Shown here: piece by piece, positions 58,543-64,000 of the stretch
Position numbering within the stretch: position 1 is the first letter of the stretch
How the letters are laid out: each line of letters starts with the position of its first letter
Origin: Spirosoma fluviale
GTDB lineage: Bacteria > Bacteroidota > Bacteroidia > Cytophagales > Spirosomataceae
DNA length: 64,000 bases
Assembly (NCBI GenBank): GCA_945883625.1
Contig: CAMCXW010000002.1
Span: forward strand, 39,479 to 103,478
Direction of reading: 5' to 3'
The notes under the pieces: model-generated
What the model was told of the DNA's origin: nothing
What the model saw: only the letters and a program-made list of their open reading frames with translations
Database searches by the model: none
Program-made: the position numbers and the translations under genes

Positions 58543-59742
58543 TCATTTTTTCCATTGTTCTAACTCTGAAATTTCCCCGGTAGTTTTATGTTTTAAAATC
58601 GTCTTTTTATCGCCATTGGGAAGAATTTCTTCTTTAATAAGCCAATGTTCAGCATCGTAAGATTGGTAAACTGACGGCTTTTGAAGACCCCGCTGGCCCC
58701 GCCATAACGGCAATTTCACTGGCTCCCACATTTTTGTTTTTGCGGAGGTGTAGGCTGCATCTAAAATTGCATTGACTACGTAGCCATCATAGAAGGTTTC
58801 GCGAGGAGTCGTTCCTTGCTCATACGCATCAAACATGTCATTAAACATGTTTGGGTAACCTAATTCGTGTGCTTCATCGCCAACTGGAAATTGCCAGCCC
58901 GAAGAACTTTCAGCCTTTTCGGCCACATAATGGTCCCCCACCCCACTAGTAAACATCTCAAAACCTGTGCGTAAAAATGAATTGACCCAGATGGTTCCTT
59001 CCGTACCCATGACCTCATCCCGCAAATCCATACCGCCACGAAAAGTCCACGAAACCTCAAACTGACCAATGGCCCCATTTTCATATTTTACCAAACCAAT
59101 GGCATGATCCTCCGCATCGATCGGCTTTACTTGCGTGTCTGCCCAGCACATCACCTCCACAGGCAAAACATCCTTCCCAATAAAATTACGCGCAATCTCA
59201 ACACAATGACAACCTAAATCCAACATCGCTCCCCCACCCGCTTTTTCCAAATCCCAAAACCAGTCGGCATGCGGCCCCGGATGTGTCTCTCGCGATTTTG
59301 CCCATAAAATTCGGCCAATAGCCCCCTCTTGGACACTTTTTAATGACTTTAAAAATTTGGGTGTATAACATAAATCTTCCAAATAACCGGCAAAAATCCC
59401 GGCTTCCTCACAGGCTTGCGTCATGCGAAGTGCCTCCTCAGCCGTCCGACCGAGCGGTTTCGTGCACAGGACAGCCTTTTTGTGTTTGACACAAAGCATG
59501 ACCGCTTCCTCATGCAAAAAATTAGGCAAAGCAATCACCACAAATTCTGAGTCCGCGTGCGCAATCGCCGCTTCCATATCGGTCAAAAAAACAGGAACAG
59601 CATAATCCTTAGCAAAACGAATGGCCGTTTCTTCCTTACGTGCATAGACGACTGATACGTGGTCCCGGCCGCGCCGACCGCTTAATGAATCCGCATAAAA
59701 ACGCCCAATGAACCCACCTCCTAGAATACAAACTTTTGCCAT
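58543..59742 (-). CDS. Cytoplasmic Gfo/Idh/MocA oxidoreductase
   Basis: ILGGGFIG, ALPN.LH, CTKPL, GGGAMLDLGCH; no leader peptide. Confidence 0.9.
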   Translation of the reverse strand: MAKVCILGGGFIGRFYADSLSGRRGRDHVSVVYARKEETAIRFAKDYAVPVFLTDMEAAIAHADSEFVVIALPNFLHEEAVMLCVKHKKAVLCTKPLGRTAEEALRMTQACEEAGIFAGYLEDLCYTPKFLKSLKSVQEGAIGRILWAKSRETHPGPHADWFWDLEKAGGGAMLDLGCHCVEIARNFIGKDVLPVEVMCWADTQVKPIDAEDHAIGLVKYENGAIGQFEVSWTFRGGMDLRDEVMGTEGTIWVNSFLRTGFEMFTSGVGDHYVAEKAESSSGWQFPVGDEAHELGYPNMFNDMFDAYEQGTTPRETFYDGYVVNAILDAAYTSAKTKMWEPVKLPLWRGQRGLQKPSVYQSYDAEHWLIKEEILPNGDKKTILKHKTTGEISELEQWKK

Positions 59743-59743
59743 G

Positions 59744-60556
59744 TTAGGTAATATTTAATGTAATTTCTTTTTCTTTAATTAAAAAATCTGCCTGCGTAAC
59801 CGCACGCTTACCCGAGGCGATAATCGCATCATCTTGCACCACCGATACGGGCGTAATGCAGGAATCATTTTTCTCACGAAACGGCTTATTATAGGCCAAA
59901 TTGTAGGCAGAAATTACGGACCAGCGCGCCGTTTCCGACAGATTTGCTTCTGAGCGATGTAATAGGTTAGGATGAAAAAATAAGGCATCCCCCGCTTTTA
60001 ATTCACAATAAACGCGTTCCGAAATCTTTTCTGCCTCCCGGACAAAATCCATATCTGCTCCCTGCTGCTCCCCCGCAAAAGCATGCTCAAATCGCTGCAT
60101 TTTATGCGTTCCTTTTAAAACTTGTAAACACCCGTTTTCAATGGTCGCATCTGTCAGCGCCACCATCACCGAAATCATCGCATCTGGAAACAAAAATCCA
60201 TTTTTATACCAGTACCCATAATCCTGATGCCATTCCCACGCACCCCCTATTTTAGGTGCTTTTTGCATCACCTTAGAGTGAAAATGACACACCTCACCAG
60301 CTCCCAATAAATCCTGAACTGCATGGACCATCCGTGCACAGCGTGACATCAAGCCGAAAGAATCATCCCCCGCATGAAACCAGAGCGTCAACTTCGTTTT
60401 TTTGCCATCTTGGTCATTTAGGTCAAAGGCATTTTTACCCACCGACTCATCGGTAGCAACTTGAAATAAAATTAGAATTTCTTCTTGCGAAAAGAATTGT
60501 GGGACCTGAACAAAACCATCCCGATGATAGGCTTCCGTTTGTAAATCACTGAGCAT
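59744..60556 (-). CDS. Phytanoyl-CoA dioxygenase (PhyH) family Fe(II)/2-oxoglutarate oxygenase
   Basis: YHRDGF, WHQD, ENGCL.V..GTH, GDALFFH..LLHRS..N.S...R. Confidence 0.9.
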   Translation of the reverse strand: MLSDLQTEAYHRDGFVQVPQFFSQEEILILFQVATDESVGKNAFDLNDQDGKKTKLTLWFHAGDDSFGLMSRCARMVHAVQDLLGAGEVCHFHSKVMQKAPKIGGAWEWHQDYGYWYKNGFLFPDAMISVMVALTDATIENGCLQVLKGTHKMQRFEHAFAGEQQGADMDFVREAEKISERVYCELKAGDALFFHPNLLHRSEANLSETARWSVISAYNLAYNKPFREKNDSCITPVSVVQDDAIIASGKRAVTQADFLIKEKEITLNIT

Positions 60557-60645
60557 GTTGATAGGTTTAGAAATTTTCCACTAAATTTATTTAATAAATT
60601 AGCTAAATCACAAATTTAACGCCTCTATCTATTTTGATCCCAACT

Positions 60646-62007
60646 ATGAAATTCCTGCTAAGTCATTTAATTAGGTTCAAACAAAAGCCTGCTAGTTTAA
60701 AAACCGAGTTTTTATTTCATTTTTCTGCCCTAGCATTCCTAGGTTTTTTCTTTTTCATGGTGACCGGAGTAATTCAAGCACAAAACCTCCGTGTAGGTGC
60801 TGCGCTCAGAATTATCACACCAAACCCATTATTGCCCGTCTCTGGGGGCATTGGCGTTCCTCATCCGGTTACTGAAAAACGCGGAGATTTATTTGTCCGC
60901 GCCATGGTATTTGAGCAAGGCACACAGCGTTTTGCCATTGTTAATATTGACAATTTGGGTTGGACTTCCATCTTAGGAAATCGTTCGCGAGCCCTGATTA
61001 AGGGTATCCTCCCCGAAAATATCTTGATTGGTGCCACACATACTCACAGCGCTCCTGATGCCTATGGATTTCCCGATGCATCAGGAAAAAGCTATGCGGA
61101 TTTAGCCTATTTGGATTGGTGTGTCCAGCAAATTGCTGATGCGGTTAATGAGGCCACAACCACCTTGCAGCCTGCCACATTAAAAGTTGGCATGGGCGAA
61201 GCAAAAGGTAAAATAGCTTATAATTATTACGCGCCTGCCCTTTATGACCCACGCTGTGGTGTTATTCAAGCAATTGCAAGTTCGGGTCCACGGATGGGAA
61301 AGCCCATCGCGACGCTTGTCAATTATGCCGTACATCCGGAGGTTTTGGGCAACTCAAGAGGCATTTTGAGTCCAGACATGATAGGCCCCATGTATCAAAA
61401 AATCGAGGAGACGATTGGAGGAATTGCGTTGTTTATGAATGGCGCTCAAGGGGGAATGATCACGGCGGATACGCGATTAACGTATGTGAAGGAGGGCCAA
61501 CAACAAAAAGAGGCGAATAATTGGGAGGAATGCATTCGAATTGGGGAACTTTTAGCCACGGAAGCGATGCGAATTGTTTCGGAAGCGCCAGTACTTAAAA
61601 ACCCGACAATTTATTGTACCTCTCGGAAATTAGAATTCCCCATTGACTCCGAAATCATGCGTTATATTTTGAAAAAATCGCCATTGAAATTCGTAGGGGG
61701 AAAAGAAAATTTCGTAACAACGCAGTTAAATCTGTTGAATATTGGACCCGCCCAAATTTTAACAGTTCCCGGCGAGGCCTTACCCAATGTGGGCTATTAC
61801 GTCAAACGAAATATGAATACCAAAATGCCATTTCTTTTTGGATTAACGAATGACGCCTTTGGGTATATGTTGGCCAAAGTCGATTTTAATTCATTCAAAC
61901 GCTATGAATATGTATCACAAACTTCCTTGGGTGAAATGACAGCAGAAATTTACATGGAACAAGCCCTGAAATTAGTTAAAGAGAGCCCTAAACCACAAGA
62001 TCCATGA
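60646..62007 (+). CDS. Neutral-ceramidase-like secreted amidohydrolase of unknown substrate
   Basis: DLFVRA, IGATHTHSAPD, VNYAVHP, NGAQG, VPGE, GLTND..GY; likely ATG 60646 (ORF open from 60634). Confidence 0.78.
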   Translation: MKFLLSHLIRFKQKPASLKTEFLFHFSALAFLGFFFFMVTGVIQAQNLRVGAALRIITPNPLLPVSGGIGVPHPVTEKRGDLFVRAMVFEQGTQRFAIVNIDNLGWTSILGNRSRALIKGILPENILIGATHTHSAPDAYGFPDASGKSYADLAYLDWCVQQIADAVNEATTTLQPATLKVGMGEAKGKIAYNYYAPALYDPRCGVIQAIASSGPRMGKPIATLVNYAVHPEVLGNSRGILSPDMIGPMYQKIEETIGGIALFMNGAQGGMITADTRLTYVKEGQQQKEANNWEECIRIGELLATEAMRIVSEAPVLKNPTIYCTSRKLEFPIDSEIMRYILKKSPLKFVGGKENFVTTQLNLLNIGPAQILTVPGEALPNVGYYVKRNMNTKMPFLFGLTNDAFGYMLAKVDFNSFKRYEYVSQTSLGEMTAEIYMEQALKLVKESPKPQDP

Positions 62008-62121
62008 GTTTGAAATCGCATGGATTTTTAATTAACACGAAATATGCATGCGAAAATTAGCTAATTACCTAGCCATCATACCGACTAGACGCCCAAATAC
62101 ATACCTTTTAAAATTAGTGAG

Positions 62122-64000
62122 ATGAAAAACACGTTTGGAATTATTTTATTGTTTTTAAGTACCTATGGTTTCGGTCAAAAAAAATCAGCTCAACCTATTT
62201 ATGTAGATCAGCCATTCATACAAGATTACAGCATCAAATATTATGCTAAAGACAGCCAAATGGCGTTAAAATCAGCCTTTTCAGACCGCAATGCTGGGAT
62301 AAAAGTTTGGGGCTCCGCTGGATTAATGCTTCCCCATGATGGCCAGTTTTTATATCCGGGAAGTTTAGGCGTGGATCAGCGGAATCGTACCAGTAGCACC
62401 AAGAAAATTCAGAGTCTATCCGTTTATGAAAATCAATTTGTTTTCATGGATGATAAAGCCATTTTTAGTCATGCGTGGGCAGGCACATTATATTCGACAC
62501 ACCAATTGGCAAAAGCCCACATCATTGCCGGAGGAAAAGATTTTACATTTTTGATCAGTGATGGAACCGAATTGCATTTAGTTAAAAATTCAAAAACGCT
62601 TGTTAAAACCCAGATAAGCGACGATACCGTATTAGCCATTCGGCATGATCCAACGGCTGGACATTTTTGGGTATTAACAACGCGCGGATTACACCGTTTT
62701 GATCCTTTATTAGGCCAACTAACCTTATGGACGTCGGGTAAAAATTTCACTGCTTTTGACATACAAGCAAACGCAGGAATTATAGGTACGACTGAAGGCT
62801 ATTTTAAAATTGATTTGTTGACTCAAAAACAAGGTGAGCTCCAACAAAAAATTCCGGTAAAATCTATAACAGCGGTTAAAATTAGTGGCGATAAAGTTTG
62901 GTTTGGTTCTATGAATGGGGCATTTGCTTTGCGAAAAGATGGCAAATTCGATTACTACCAAGGGGAGCGCTGGCTAACAGGTAACCACGTTACTGCTATT
63001 TCAGAGGGCCCTAAAAATTCAATTTTAATTTTGTGTAATACAGGATTGAGTCAGATTTGTTTTAAGTCGATGACCTTACATGAAAAAGCCATGTATTATG
63101 AGGCTCAAGTGCGAGAAAGGCACATTCGCCATGGATTTAATGCCCATTTAAACGGAATGGACCATGGAAATGTCAACACAGGTTATTTATCAGATTCGGA
63201 TAACGATGGCTTGTGGACATCGATGTATTTGGGTGGAGAAATATTCAGGTATGCAGTTACTAAAGAAGCGGAGGCATTAGCAAATATACGTGAGGCATTT
63301 GAGTCTATGGAACGATTATACACCGTAAATCCTGTCCCTGGATTTCCTGCTCGATCTTATGAAAGACGCGGTTTTATTTCGCAACTTTCGGATCCAGAAC
63401 GCTGGCAACATTCACCTGAACCTGAGTGGGATTGGAAATCGACAACCTCCTCAGATGAGGTAATTGGCCATATTTTTGCTTTTGGTGCGCTCGCCGAACT
63501 CGTAGATGTTCCGGATCTTAAAAAACGTTCAATTGTCTTGATAGATACGTTGATGTCGCACATCATCAAAAACAATTTGTACCTCATTGATTTCGATGGA
63601 AAACCAACCCTTTGGGGAAAATGGAATCCGGACTATGTAAATGGATTTTCCATTCATGTGGGGGACCGCAAGCTCAATTCCTCCAATATCGTAGCGATGT
63701 TGCAAACAGCCTATCGGTTTACAAAAAAACCGATTTACAAACAAAAGGCCTTCGAACTCATGCAAAAATATGGGTACTATGAAAATTTGATGCGACCAAT
63801 GAAAGAAATTGGTCATGCACCCACAAACGCAGATCCACATGCCCAAAACCTTTCGGATGGTTGGAATCATTCCGACGATGAAATGTATTTTGTTGGCTAC
63901 TGGGGTTTATATCGCTATGCATTAAATGATACATTGAAAGCTAGTTTTAAGCAATCAATTCTGGATCATTGGGAAATTGAACGGCCTGAAAAAGAAGGTG
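62122..64000 (+). CDS. Secreted uncharacterised beta-propeller + helical (putative (alpha/alpha)6) protein, runs off the right edge
   Basis: Not in the ORF track. Manual reading: MKNTFGIILLFLSTYGFGQ...KVWFGSMNGAF...YQGERWL...SDSDNDGLWTSMY...GFPARS...KSTTSSDE...WNHSDDEMYF...; no stop before 64000. Confidence 0.82.
   Translation, partial: MKNTFGIILLFLSTYGFGQKKSAQPIYVDQPFIQDYSIKYYAKDSQMALKSAFSDRNAGIKVWGSAGLMLPHDGQFLYPGSLGVDQRNRTSSTKKIQSLSVYENQFVFMDDKAIFSHAWAGTLYSTHQLAKAHIIAGGKDFTFLISDGTELHLVKNSKTLVKTQISDDTVLAIRHDPTAGHFWVLTTRGLHRFDPLLGQLTLWTSGKNFTAFDIQANAGIIGTTEGYFKIDLLTQKQGELQQKIPVKSITAVKISGDKVWFGSMNGAFALRKDGKFDYYQGERWLTGNHVTAISEGPKNSILILCNTGLSQICFKSMTLHEKAMYYEAQVRERHIRHGFNAHLNGMDHGNVNTGYLSDSDNDGLWTSMYLGGEIFRYAVTKEAEALANIREAFESMERLYTVNPVPGFPARSYERRGFISQLSDPERWQHSPEPEWDWKSTTSSDEVIGHIFAFGALAELVDVPDLKKRSIVLIDTLMSHIIKNNLYLIDFDGKPTLWGKWNPDYVNGFSIHVGDRKLNSSNIVAMLQTAYRFTKKPIYKQKAFELMQKYGYYENLMRPMKEIGHAPTNADPHAQNLSDGWNHSDDEMYFVGYWGLYRYALNDTLKASFKQSILDHWEIERPEKEG

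Noticed and set aside
60596-62066. AAATTAGCTAA shared upstream of the last two genes
   Set aside because: 11-mer of mostly A/T; may be a promoter -7-like element or chance.
1677-63870. Numerous 60-130 aa ORFs nested in or antisense to long genes (e.g. 5968, 9793, 27579, 33843, 47592, 62469, 63529)
   Set aside because: Shadow ORFs of well-supported CDSs; no motifs or independent starts.
1-64000. rRNA, tRNA, CRISPR array, prophage or defence genes
   Set aside because: None seen; intergenic gaps are short and lack periodic repeats or cloverleaf patterns. A small ncRNA cannot be excluded without a covariance search.

Overview
Gene-dense, AT-rich window from a member of Bacteroidota (SusC/SusD pairs, MKK-type signal peptides, no clear Shine-Dalgarno sites; a Cytophagales/Spirosomataceae-like aerobe is my inference). 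It is mainly a sulfated/acidic-glycan foraging region: eight Cys-type S1 sulfatases (one truncated at the left edge), a true formylglycine-generating enzyme, GH88, GH33, a heparinase II/III-type lyase, an alginate-lyase-family (PL38-like) lyase, two SusC/SusD pairs, a third TonB-dependent receptor and several uncharacterised secreted proteins. I saw no rRNA, tRNA, CRISPR array, transposase, recombinase or transcription regulator. Three things stand out. (1) A DUF1080-apbE-FGE-fold-Tat Gfo/Idh/MocA operon whose catalytically dead FGE-fold protein carries a DAVTRPS loop resembling the DxxSGAT flavinylation motif. (2) A five-gene planctomycete-cytochrome/DUF1549/DUF1553/DUF1501 cluster (6 CxxCH) sitting directly downstream of a susCD pair and upstream of FGE. 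(3) A ~0.75-0.8 kb inverted repeat (gene remnant + palindromic operator + first 110 susC codons) around one sulfatase; recombination there would swap promoters between the two divergent susCD operons. Family and subfamily assignments come from motif recognition, not database searches.
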